The position numbers and the translations under genes were made by a program. Shown piece after piece: positions 7,666 to 15,564 of a stretch of 32,000 nt of DNA. Where the stretch lies: assembly GCA_039944535.1 (NCBI GenBank), contig JBDUYP010000022.1, positions 1 to 32,000 of the forward strand, given 5' to 3'. Position 1 is the stretch's first letter; the number at the start of each line of letters is the position of its first letter. Under the pieces are notes generated by a model that saw nothing but the letters and a program-made list of their open reading frames with translations, was not told the origin of the DNA and did no database searches. Origin of the DNA: Cyclobacteriaceae bacterium. Its GTDB lineage: Bacteria > Bacteroidota > Bacteroidia > Cytophagales > Cyclobacteriaceae.

Positions 7666-9451
7666 GAAACTTGGATTTTAGCTTTTCTAGAAATTCTTTA
7701 TTATCCGGATCTCGCAGTTCATTCTTCTTCTTTAATTCTTCAAATTCCTGAACCTCATTGAAAGTGTCTCCTGTAAATACATTTTTTCGATTTGGGTTCT
7801 GAACAGAAACTATTTCGTCGAAACCGAAAAGCTCAGAAGTAAGCAATTGGTTTGGCAATAGTTTATCAATGTTTATTTCCATAAAATCTAACCTCTCTAA
7901 TTCTACGGAAGATTTATTCCTTCTTAACCTAAGAAATACACTATTGGGTGGAGCTCCCAATAATGGAATTGGGCTGTGAGTTGTAACTATGAATTGAATG
8001 CCTGGAAATGCTTCATTCAATCTTATTATTAGCTCTTTTTGTGCACTAGGATGGAGATGAAGATCAATTTCATCTACAAGAACTATTCCTCGAAATTTAG
8101 CCGGATCTTCAACTTTTGGTTGTTGATCATAAAACCTGATAATGATATCAGACACAAACGAAAGTGTGCTTTTAGTACCTGAAGATAGCTGATCATAAGT
8201 GAGTTTAGAAACATTCTCGTCTTCATCATATCGAATAAAATAATCTGCTTTGACAACATTTCTTTCTTTATTAAAATGTACATCAACTAAGCCTGGAACA
8301 ACCTCACATAAAACCTGCACAATTAAATATTCACGATCCATAAACCGATTGAATTTCTCAATATCTGAATACCAATATTTTAATATTCGAGGTAGTTCAA
8401 TTAATCCCCTAGGAGTTCGTGCAAAGAGAGAATCTAACCTACCTTTTTTTGATAAGTGTTCCTCTGCCGGATTACTACCAGAAGTATCATACCTTTTCCA
8501 TAAACTCAATCGAAAAACTCCATAAGCAGCGAATCCATGAACCAAGGGGCGTTTTGCATACTTTGCATCACGACTATTTTCTGCACGCTTATAATGCTTT
8601 ATTGTATTATCATTCCTAACCAGATCAGCTTCAAATGATGTCCTTCCTTCCTGAAAATAATCCTTGGGAATTAATCCATACCCCAGCACTAATGCAATCG
8701 CCTTTAATAAGTTAGTCTTTCCAGATCCATTCTCACCTGTAATGAATATCCACCTGTTATTCATCGGAAGATTCCTAAATTCAATATGCTGGAAATTCGC
8801 AAAGTTGTTGACTACAAAAGAACTAATATAGGTGCCTCTATCCTTGTTTAAACCCTCTGTTAACTCGTAATCACGCTGAGCCTTACGGTGCTCTAAATGT
8901 TTAAAAATCTTGGCTCTACTATTTGAGAATTCATACTCATTAATAAAGCCAATTTTATCCCGTTCAATTATACTCTTTGAAAAGTATGACCCGTGGTTTT
9001 TCAAGACAACATCATCAATTGCCTTTTTTTCATTTTCAAGAAAATCTGATAATATACTTTCAATACTTCTGCCTTCTCCCACGATATATCGAAATCGCTC
9101 AATAGCTCCGTCCTCTCTTATTTTATCAAATTCCAGTAGCGGCACGATATGATCACGAAGAATATCGTATTTCCCACTTTCCTCCTCTGACATTGTAACA
9201 TCAAGCGATATGGTATAATTGACCTCATCACTTTCGCGAATAATCAAGCTTATATTAGGTAGTTTAGTTTGCCAGTTAACGCCAGTCCAAAATGAAACAG
9301 CCAAAAATTTCTCATTCCCGAAAAACCAATAGCCTCTTTCGAGCTTATTCCCCACATTGCTTTTTCTCAATGTAAATCTCAATTCAGGATCTTCTCTCCT
9401 TTTATATTCATCAAGAAATTCAAACAGTTCAGTATGGACATCTACCTTCAT
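7649..9451 (-). CDS. ABC/SMC-type ATPase (AAA_15/AAA_21, PtuA-like) with a ~205-aa uncharacterised N-terminal domain
   Basis: 600 aa. Motifs: ITGENGSGKTNLLKAI (Walker A, ~res 238), LSSGTKSTL (signature-like), VLVDEIDLHLHP (Walker B/D-loop), VTTHSP (H-loop). I recognise no motif in residues 1-205. The ATG is 2 nt after the hsdS stop. Confidence 0.8.
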   Translation of the reverse strand: MKVDVHTELFEFLDEYKRREDPELRFTLRKSNVGNKLERGYWFFGNEKFLAVSFWTGVNWQTKLPNISLIIRESDEVNYTISLDVTMSEEESGKYDILRDHIVPLLEFDKIREDGAIERFRYIVGEGRSIESILSDFLENEKKAIDDVVLKNHGSYFSKSIIERDKIGFINEYEFSNSRAKIFKHLEHRKAQRDYELTEGLNKDRGTYISSFVVNNFANFQHIEFRNLPMNNRWIFITGENGSGKTNLLKAIALVLGYGLIPKDYFQEGRTSFEADLVRNDNTIKHYKRAENSRDAKYAKRPLVHGFAAYGVFRLSLWKRYDTSGSNPAEEHLSKKGRLDSLFARTPRGLIELPRILKYWYSDIEKFNRFMDREYLIVQVLCEVVPGLVDVHFNKERNVVKADYFIRYDEDENVSKLTYDQLSSGTKSTLSFVSDIIIRFYDQQPKVEDPAKFRGIVLVDEIDLHLHPSAQKELIIRLNEAFPGIQFIVTTHSPIPLLGAPPNSVFLRLRRNKSSVELERLDFMEINIDKLLPNQLLTSELFGFDEIVSVQNPNRKNVFTGDTFNEVQEFEELKKKNELRDPDNKEFLEKLKSKFREKNQ

Positions 9452-9453
9452 AT

Positions 9454-10578
9454 CTAAAAAATCTGATTGATTAAACTCTTTTGAAGGGATAGGGAGCTTT
9501 CAATCGCAAATGATAGTTTGTCTACATTTACTTGAAAACCTCTCATCTTATTTAGCAAGCCGTTCTCATCATCAAGTACCTTGATCTCAAATTCCCCAAT
9601 TATTTTGTCACTGACTCTTGGCATTTTAGTACCAAATCCTTTCCCGGTTACATACTGAATAAAAGGTCTACTATGAAAATGATTTAATACATATTCTTTA
9701 GAAACTCCTTTAGTGTCGTAAATCAAGAGTTCTGTTGTAGATACGGCTTCAAATTCAGCAATAAAAGCTTTATCCAAGTATGGTCTGAGCTTGCTGTAGC
9801 ATAAATCACCTTCCTCAATGATATTGCATTGGGCTAATACTTCAGAAGAATCTCCACATTCCGTACAATGAGATGCACCAGACTTGATATGCTCTAGTCC
9901 GATATATTTTTTAAAAGTATGTGGAACTTGACTTTTCGATTTCTTTGGGATAAGAACCTTGGCTAATGGTATTTTTTTACCTTTTGACTTTATTATTTCA
10001 TTTTCAAAGAAAACTTGAGATGAAGTTTTCAACCTCTCCAACACCTCCCTCTCCCTTTCAATCACCTCATCCATGGCCCAGAGGAGTTCGGCCAGCTGGG
10101 CTTGCTGGTCTTTGGGGGGAAGGAGGAATTCGTAGTTGGCCAGGTCTTTAAACTTTACTCTTGGGGAAAGACCTCCTGCCGAATGCTTCACCGCGTAATC
10201 AAAGAACTTGTTATTGCAAACGATAAACGGCAATAGTTCAGGCATCAGGTTCTCCTTAGCTCTAAATACTGTAATATCTCCAGAGCAAATCCCACTAAAA
10301 GACGCTTGAGCGGCTTTCTTTAGATAAGCCCTTCTTCTGCCAAACAACACATCACCTTTGGAGAATTTCTTACTGAAAGTTGTGCTCTCCTCCAGCTTGC
10401 CAGATCGGGTCAAATGGATGTTCTCCGTATCGATATGCTCCAGCCCCACTACATGTTCTATCCCTTCATTGTAGATGTCTTTCGCATTTTCTTTTGGCTC
10501 AAATACCACATCACCAAACTTGACTGGTGTCCAATCTGACTTATCGATTTTAAGTTCTTGAATCGCTGATTCAATCAT
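9454..10578 (-). CDS. hsdS: Type I R-M specificity subunit
   Basis: 374 aa with two variable target-recognition regions. They are separated by a conserved helical spacer (QQAQLAELLWAMDEVIEREREVLERLK), and there is a second conserved helix at the C-terminus. ATGA start/stop overlap with hsdM1. Confidence 0.9.
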   Translation of the reverse strand: MIESAIQELKIDKSDWTPVKFGDVVFEPKENAKDIYNEGIEHVVGLEHIDTENIHLTRSGKLEESTTFSKKFSKGDVLFGRRRAYLKKAAQASFSGICSGDITVFRAKENLMPELLPFIVCNNKFFDYAVKHSAGGLSPRVKFKDLANYEFLLPPKDQQAQLAELLWAMDEVIEREREVLERLKTSSQVFFENEIIKSKGKKIPLAKVLIPKKSKSQVPHTFKKYIGLEHIKSGASHCTECGDSSEVLAQCNIIEEGDLCYSKLRPYLDKAFIAEFEAVSTTELLIYDTKGVSKEYVLNHFHSRPFIQYVTGKGFGTKMPRVSDKIIGEFEIKVLDDENGLLNKMRGFQVNVDKLSFAIESSLSLQKSLINQIF

Positions 10579-12041
10579 TTCTCTAATATTTCAAAAAGTT
10601 GATTCATTGATTTCGTCAAGTCTTTTGATGACCCGTCCCAGGCTGCATACGCATCATTAAAACTGATATCATTTTCACTGGAATGCTCTTCTGGTCGGAT
10701 GTACAAACTGATTGACATGTTGGCATTCTTTTCCAAAACCTCTGATGTCTCAATGCGTTTGCTAAACTTTTCTTGATTTGAAAAAGCAGTGTAAGCATTA
10801 AATATCTTTTGGACATGATCGTCTTCCAAATAGCCCATGGTCTTTTCTTGTTTCACTTCATTCACGGCATTGATGAACAGGATTTTTCCTTTTTTATGTT
10901 CAGGCTTGTGATTGCAGGTAATCAATAAACACGCCTCCATAGGCGAGTTGTAAAACAAGTTTGGCCCTAGTCCGATCACACAATCGACCAAATCCTCTTC
11001 AATCATCTTTCTGCGCATTGCTGCTTCAGAATCACGGAATAAAATCCCATGTGGCCATAAGGAAATAGAACGCCCGTTATCAGGATTCAAACTCTTTTGA
11101 ATATGCTGCTGAAACGCATAATCCGCACAACCTTGTGGCGGCACACCCCAGAGGTTACGTCCGTAAGGGTCGTTGGCAAAGCTTTTCTGGTCCCAGGCTT
11201 TAATGCTGTAAGGGGGATTGGCCAGGATGACGTTGAAGGTCTTAAGCTCGTCGTTGTGCAAAAAGGCCGGGTTGGCCAGCGTATCGCCCCGCACAATGCT
11301 AAACTCCTCTATGCCGTGCATAAACATGTTCATGCGAGCAATGGCCGAGGTAAGCAGGTTAATCTCCTGCCCGTAAAGTTTCAGGGTGCGGTATTCCTTT
11401 CCTTCTTCCTTCAGGTGCAGGGCGCAGTTAAGCAACAAACCGCCTGAACCACAAGTAGGGTCATAGACACTTTCGCCCGGCTGAGGGTCCATGATCAGGG
11501 TCATCAGCTTCACCACCGTGCGGTTGGTGTAAAACTCCGCAGCAGTGTGTCCGCTATCGTCGGCAAATTCCTTGATCAGGTATTCGTAGGCATTGCCCAG
11601 TTTATCATCTGCCACATTGCTCAGGCTCAGCTTGTGCTGGGAGTAATGCTCTATAAGGTTGGTGAGGGTCTCGTCACTCAGCCGGTCTTTGTTGGTCCAG
11701 CTGGCATCCCCAAAGATGCCGTAAAGCGTATCGGGGTTTGCTTTTTCTATAGCCCGCATGGCTTCCTGCAAGGCTATCCCTACATTGGCAGTGGTTTCAC
11801 GCACATCCTTCCAATGGGCTCCATCAGGTACTAGAAAATGGTGGTGTTCTGTGAAAGCAGCGTATTCCATATCGCCATCACTTTCTTCCAGTGCCTTTTC
11901 AAACTCTTCGTCATAGACATCACAGATACGCTTGAAGAACAACAGCGGAAAGATGTACTGCTTGTAGTCACCCGCATCGATGGTGCCTCGCAATTGGGTA
12001 GCCGCTCCCCAAAGGTATTTTTCGAGTTGTTGTTGGGTCAT
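10575..12041 (-). CDS. hsdM: Type I R-M N6-adenine DNA methyltransferase subunit (copy 1, coupled to hsdS)
   Basis: 488 aa with an HsdM N-terminal domain (YIFPLLFFKRICDVYDEEF), SAM motif DPTCGSGG and catalytic ANPPYS. Confidence 0.95.
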   Translation of the reverse strand: MTQQQLEKYLWGAATQLRGTIDAGDYKQYIFPLLFFKRICDVYDEEFEKALEESDGDMEYAAFTEHHHFLVPDGAHWKDVRETTANVGIALQEAMRAIEKANPDTLYGIFGDASWTNKDRLSDETLTNLIEHYSQHKLSLSNVADDKLGNAYEYLIKEFADDSGHTAAEFYTNRTVVKLMTLIMDPQPGESVYDPTCGSGGLLLNCALHLKEEGKEYRTLKLYGQEINLLTSAIARMNMFMHGIEEFSIVRGDTLANPAFLHNDELKTFNVILANPPYSIKAWDQKSFANDPYGRNLWGVPPQGCADYAFQQHIQKSLNPDNGRSISLWPHGILFRDSEAAMRRKMIEEDLVDCVIGLGPNLFYNSPMEACLLITCNHKPEHKKGKILFINAVNEVKQEKTMGYLEDDHVQKIFNAYTAFSNQEKFSKRIETSEVLEKNANMSISLYIRPEEHSSENDISFNDAYAAWDGSSKDLTKSMNQLFEILEK

Positions 12042-12055
12042 ATCTTATTTATTAA

Positions 12056-12106
12056 CCACAGATTCACACAGATAACCACAGATTTAATCTGAGTGATCCG
12101 TGGTGA
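12056..12106. repeat. Array of CACAGAT motifs (3 copies, 10-nt period) followed by two degenerate inverted copies
   Basis: CACAGAT at 12057-12063, 12067-12073 and 12077-12083, then atctgagtg / atccgtggtg at 12088-12105. It lies between the GxxExxY stop (12113) and the hsdM1 start (12041). Confidence 0.9.
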
Positions 12107-12112
12107 CCGTTT

Positions 12113-12487
12113 TTACATTATTATTCTATTTATTCCCTTTTTCATATCCTGCACATTGAAGTTGAGCAACAGCCCCAACTTTAATCCAGATAGTTTTAAA
12201 TACGTCATCAACTGTGCTTTATGAATCGGGGCAATTTCATCCACCGATTTGAGTTCCAGAATGATTTGTCCGTTCACCAAGAGATCAATTCGATAACCGG
12301 CATCCAGTTTTATCTCGTTATACACCACCGGAAGTGCTTTTTGTCGTTCGACATTCAATCCTGTTTTTAGCAATTCATGCTCTAAACAGACTTCATAGGT
12401 TGATTCCAAAAGGCCGGGCCCCAATTCCGTATGAACTTTATATACACAGCCAATAATCTTATAGGACAATTCATTCAAAGATTCCAT
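12113..12487 (-). CDS. GxxExxY protein (PD-(D/E)XK nuclease-like, PDDEXK_3 family)
   Basis: 124 aa with the eponymous motif GPGLLESTYE (G-L-L-E-S-T-Y) and a downstream D...ELK core (IDLLVNGQIILELKS). Confidence 0.85.
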   Translation of the reverse strand: MESLNELSYKIIGCVYKVHTELGPGLLESTYEVCLEHELLKTGLNVERQKALPVVYNEIKLDAGYRIDLLVNGQIILELKSVDEIAPIHKAQLMTYLKLSGLKLGLLLNFNVQDMKKGINRIIM

Positions 12488-12514
12488 CTGTGCTAATCTG
12501 CGCTATCTGTGGTG
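12486..12514. repeat. Inverted-orientation array ATCTGTG / ATCTGCG / ATCTGTGGTG (about 10-nt period)
   Basis: Motifs at 12486-12492, 12496-12502 and 12505-12514. They are the reverse complement of the CACAGAT motifs at 12056-12083. The array overlaps the GxxExxY start codon and encodes the last codons and stop of hsdM2 (KFTTDSAD*). Confidence 0.9.
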
Positions 12515-13989
12515 AACTTCATTAGTATCTTCTTAAACTTCACCTCTGCCTGTTGACTTGCTTCCCAAGCAGTTTTCAAATCCGCAAGTGCTTCTTCCAC
12601 ACTCGGAAGGTTGTCTTCAATAACCTTCTCTACGTACAATGGAATATTGAGATTGAAGTCGTTCTCCTCAAGGTCTTTGAGATCGGCCACTTTCACATAG
12701 TTCTCCACATCAGCATATGACTTGAACCACTTAAATATCTGGTTGACATGCTCTGGTTCCAGATAGTTTTGAGCTCTACCCACGCGTACCTGATCGGAAG
12801 CATCGATAAAAAGGACTTTGCCTTTCTTATCAGAATTCTTGTTTTGCTTGAACACCATCACACAAGCCGCCAGTTGAGTTCCGTAGAAGATATTAGGCCC
12901 CAAACCAATGACCGCTTCCAGCATGTCTTGCTTAATGAGCGCTTGCCTTATTCGCCCTTCTGCTCCTTTTCTAAATAAAGCACCATGTGGCAGTACTACC
13001 GTCATTCGTCCCGTGCTGTTCATAGACTTGATCATGTGCTGCACCCAGGCCATGTCGCCATTGCCTTGGGGAGGCACTCCCGCAATGTTGCGTCCATAAG
13101 GATCGTTTGCCCAATTCTCAGCGCCCCATTCTTTCAATGAAAATGGAGGATTGGCGATCACACAATCAAAGGTCTTCAAACCATCAGCTTCAAAGAAGGC
13201 TGGATGGCGCAAAGTGTCTCCCCTATGAATCTGAAAGTCTTCAATCCCATGAAGAAACATATTCATCCGGGCAATCGAACTGGAGGTTAGATTCTTTTCC
13301 TGTCCATAAAGCTTTAGTGTACGGAAATCTTCGTCATTGTGCTTAAGGTGGTCAATGCATTCCAGCAGCATTCCACCGGTACCGCACGCAGGATCATAGA
13401 TGGTTTCTCCTTCATGTGGGTCGAGGATCAATCCCAGTAAATGAACCACTGATCTTGGTGTATAGAATTCGCCCGCTTTCTTATTGGTTAGATCTGCAAA
13501 GTGCTTGATCAGGTATTCGTAGGCGTTTCCAAGCAAATCTGAATCTACATTGCTGTTGGAGAGCTCGTATTGCGAAAAATGCTCGATCAGATCAATAAGC
13601 AACCGATCCGAGAGTTTATTCTTGTTGCTCCATTGGGCATCTCCGAATATGCCATAGAGAAATTCCTGATTGGCTTGTTCTATTCCCCGCAAAGCTTTTT
13701 CGATAGCCAAGCCCACATTGGAGGTAGTTTCTCTGACGTCATTCCAATGACAGCTTTCAGGAATAACAAACCGGTGGAATTCCGGCAATGACGCATATTC
13801 ATTGTCTCCATCGGATTCCTCCAGAGCCACACGGAATTCTTCATCATATACATCAGATATCCTTTTGAAAAACAAGAGTGGAAAGATGTAAACCTTAAAG
13901 TCCGAAGCATCTACCGGGCCTTTGAGTATCCAGGCTGCTTTAGACAAATATTGTTCGAGTTGCGATTGTGTGAGATTTTTACTTTGCAA
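12493..13989 (-). CDS. hsdM: Type I R-M N6-adenine DNA methyltransferase subunit (copy 2, no cognate hsdS)
   Basis: 498 aa, colinear with copy 1 over its full length. It has YIFPLLFFKRISDVYDEEF, DPACGTGG and ANPPFS. The apparent start is TTG at 13989; there is no in-frame ATG upstream before a stop. Confidence 0.9.
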   Translation of the reverse strand: MQSKNLTQSQLEQYLSKAAWILKGPVDASDFKVYIFPLLFFKRISDVYDEEFRVALEESDGDNEYASLPEFHRFVIPESCHWNDVRETTSNVGLAIEKALRGIEQANQEFLYGIFGDAQWSNKNKLSDRLLIDLIEHFSQYELSNSNVDSDLLGNAYEYLIKHFADLTNKKAGEFYTPRSVVHLLGLILDPHEGETIYDPACGTGGMLLECIDHLKHNDEDFRTLKLYGQEKNLTSSSIARMNMFLHGIEDFQIHRGDTLRHPAFFEADGLKTFDCVIANPPFSLKEWGAENWANDPYGRNIAGVPPQGNGDMAWVQHMIKSMNSTGRMTVVLPHGALFRKGAEGRIRQALIKQDMLEAVIGLGPNIFYGTQLAACVMVFKQNKNSDKKGKVLFIDASDQVRVGRAQNYLEPEHVNQIFKWFKSYADVENYVKVADLKDLEENDFNLNIPLYVEKVIEDNLPSVEEALADLKTAWEASQQAEVKFKKILMKFTTDSAD

Positions 13990-14142
13990 TTTTCTTGGGA
14001 GTTGGATGACTAAAAGTAGACATCAAAGCGGTCATTATGATGATCAATTAAATATATTTATAGATGTTGGTATATGCATATCCTTTTCAGCTGTAAAACA
14101 CGATTATAGTGAACAATTTTAAATAATCATCTAAGTGACGTT

Positions 14143-15153
14143 ATGAATGAAACAGACATAACCCCTGAGAAGATCGAAAAAGACATTGACTCAAAACGAT
14201 CAGAAATAGAAATAGATGTCAAAAAAGAGTTGCCGAAAATTCAAATCTATAAGAATATTTCAGATCAGAATGACCATTTTCAGGGATACTTTAATCTCCG
14301 AAGATCAGGTCTCTTTGAAGTAACCCTAAAGGTAGAAGGGGACAAATCCTACAGCCATTTCAATACTTTTATTAAAGCCTGTGCCGAGGAATTTGATTCC
14401 TGGCATAATTCACTGACATCCTCATACCTCCCTGAGTATTTCAAAAAAAACAAGAGTGATGTACTCTCAGATAGAAATAACCTTTGGGATCTTCGGGACA
14501 TCCACTTGCATAAATTGCAACAACTGGGTGAGAAAACCGGGCTTTATGCTGACCGTGAATTATTACTTAACCCTGAACTGAATAAATTGTATGAAGTCAT
14601 CATTGAAGCGCATGTATTGAAAGACATGTTTGTCAAAGTAGAATCAATGAATGTTGATGACCCAAACATGATTGATAATTTCCTGAACGACACACAAGAT
14701 CCTTTTCAGGAGCTGCGCGAATTGGAAAATAAATTCAACACGGCTAGTGTTGGTGAATTGATCAACTTTTTCAGTGTTCTAAGAAAGGAAGTTAGAGGCC
14801 AAAGTGGACCAATAGCGTCGAACCAAGATATTGTCAACCTTGTGAAATCAATACTTAGCAAACAAGTCAAGAAAGGAAGTATCAAACCAAACCTAGTAAG
14901 TTCAGACTATCCAGCAGTAAGGAGGCTGTTTTTTGACTTTTACAATGAATTCAAAGAAAGAGACAAGTACCAAATTGAACCAATGCTTCGCAAGCAAGAC
15001 TACCTGAAATTCATAGAGAATTTCGAGCCATTTAAGGAAGCCACTTCAAGCGATTCATGGATCAAGGATACAAACCCGAAAAAACAGAGCACAACACTGA
15101 CGGAATTGACAAGTAGAAGGAAAAATCCTCTACAACCTCTACTTGAAAAATAG
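14143..15153 (+). CDS. Hypothetical protein (336 aa), no recognised domain
   Basis: Long ATG-initiated ORF, divergent from hsdM2 across a 153-nt AT-rich spacer. Predicted to be acidic and helical. There is a weak resemblance to RteC-like regulators of Bacteroidetes mobile elements, which I do not trust. Confidence 0.6.
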   Translation: MNETDITPEKIEKDIDSKRSEIEIDVKKELPKIQIYKNISDQNDHFQGYFNLRRSGLFEVTLKVEGDKSYSHFNTFIKACAEEFDSWHNSLTSSYLPEYFKKNKSDVLSDRNNLWDLRDIHLHKLQQLGEKTGLYADRELLLNPELNKLYEVIIEAHVLKDMFVKVESMNVDDPNMIDNFLNDTQDPFQELRELENKFNTASVGELINFFSVLRKEVRGQSGPIASNQDIVNLVKSILSKQVKKGSIKPNLVSSDYPAVRRLFFDFYNEFKERDKYQIEPMLRKQDYLKFIENFEPFKEATSSDSWIKDTNPKKQSTTLTELTSRRKNPLQPLLEK

Positions 15154-15231
15154 TACACCCTCAACCTCCTCTACTTTCAAATTCTGGAGTCAAAACCTAT
15201 CGTAACATCGCTTAAACAAACTAATAAAGCG

Positions 15232-15564
15232 ATGAAAAAAGAATTAAAAAATATCAAAGAATGGCTCCAGGCAGTCATTTTTGATGCCATTGAAAAGGCC
15301 TTTATCAAGTATTATCCCAGAAAGGATCCGGCCAGCAATTTTCTTAATGCGCAAGAAAGCGCGGCATATCTCGGAGATGCAATGCCAACTTTTTACCGCC
15401 GGGTTTCTGAAGGCGAATTACCTACATACGGGGGTGGAAAAAAAATCTTCTGTAAAGAATCTGATCTCATGGATTGGCTCAGCCAAAGCCGGTCTTACAG
15501 CAAAGAACAGCTGGAAAAAAATGCCATCGAAAACATGCAACATAGAATAAGGAGGACGTCATGA
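15232..15564 (+). CDS. HTH_17 / excisionase-family DNA-binding protein
   Basis: 110 aa. LNAQESAAYLGDAMPTFYRRVSEGELPTYGGGKKIFCKESDLMDWL is the MerR-like excisionase HTH pattern common in Bacteroidetes mobile elements. ATGA overlap with the next gene. Confidence 0.75.
   Translation: MKKELKNIKEWLQAVIFDAIEKAFIKYYPRKDPASNFLNAQESAAYLGDAMPTFYRRVSEGELPTYGGGKKIFCKESDLMDWLSQSRSYSKEQLEKNAIENMQHRIRRTS

Noticed and set aside
12056-12514. Whether the short periodic repeats could be a CRISPR array.
   Set aside because: The repeat unit is ~7-10 nt with a 10-nt period and no spacers, and the two arrays are inverted around a gene. This is not CRISPR architecture, and no cas genes are present.
10575-13989. 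The two hsdM genes as a recent tandem duplication or assembly artefact.
   Set aside because: The nucleotide sequences differ throughout and the proteins are only moderately identical, so these are old paralogs or genes of separate origin.
14072-14081. 10-bp palindrome ATATGCATAT in the hsdM2 / 336-aa gene divergent spacer.
   Set aside because: It is short and purely A/T-rich apart from the centre, which is expected by chance in an AT-rich intergenic region. I note it only as a possible operator.
15281-15550. 89-aa alternative-frame ORF overlapping the HTH_17 gene.
   Set aside because: The 15232..15564 frame carries the recognisable excisionase-type HTH and is start/stop-coupled to the next gene. 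The alternative frame has no support.
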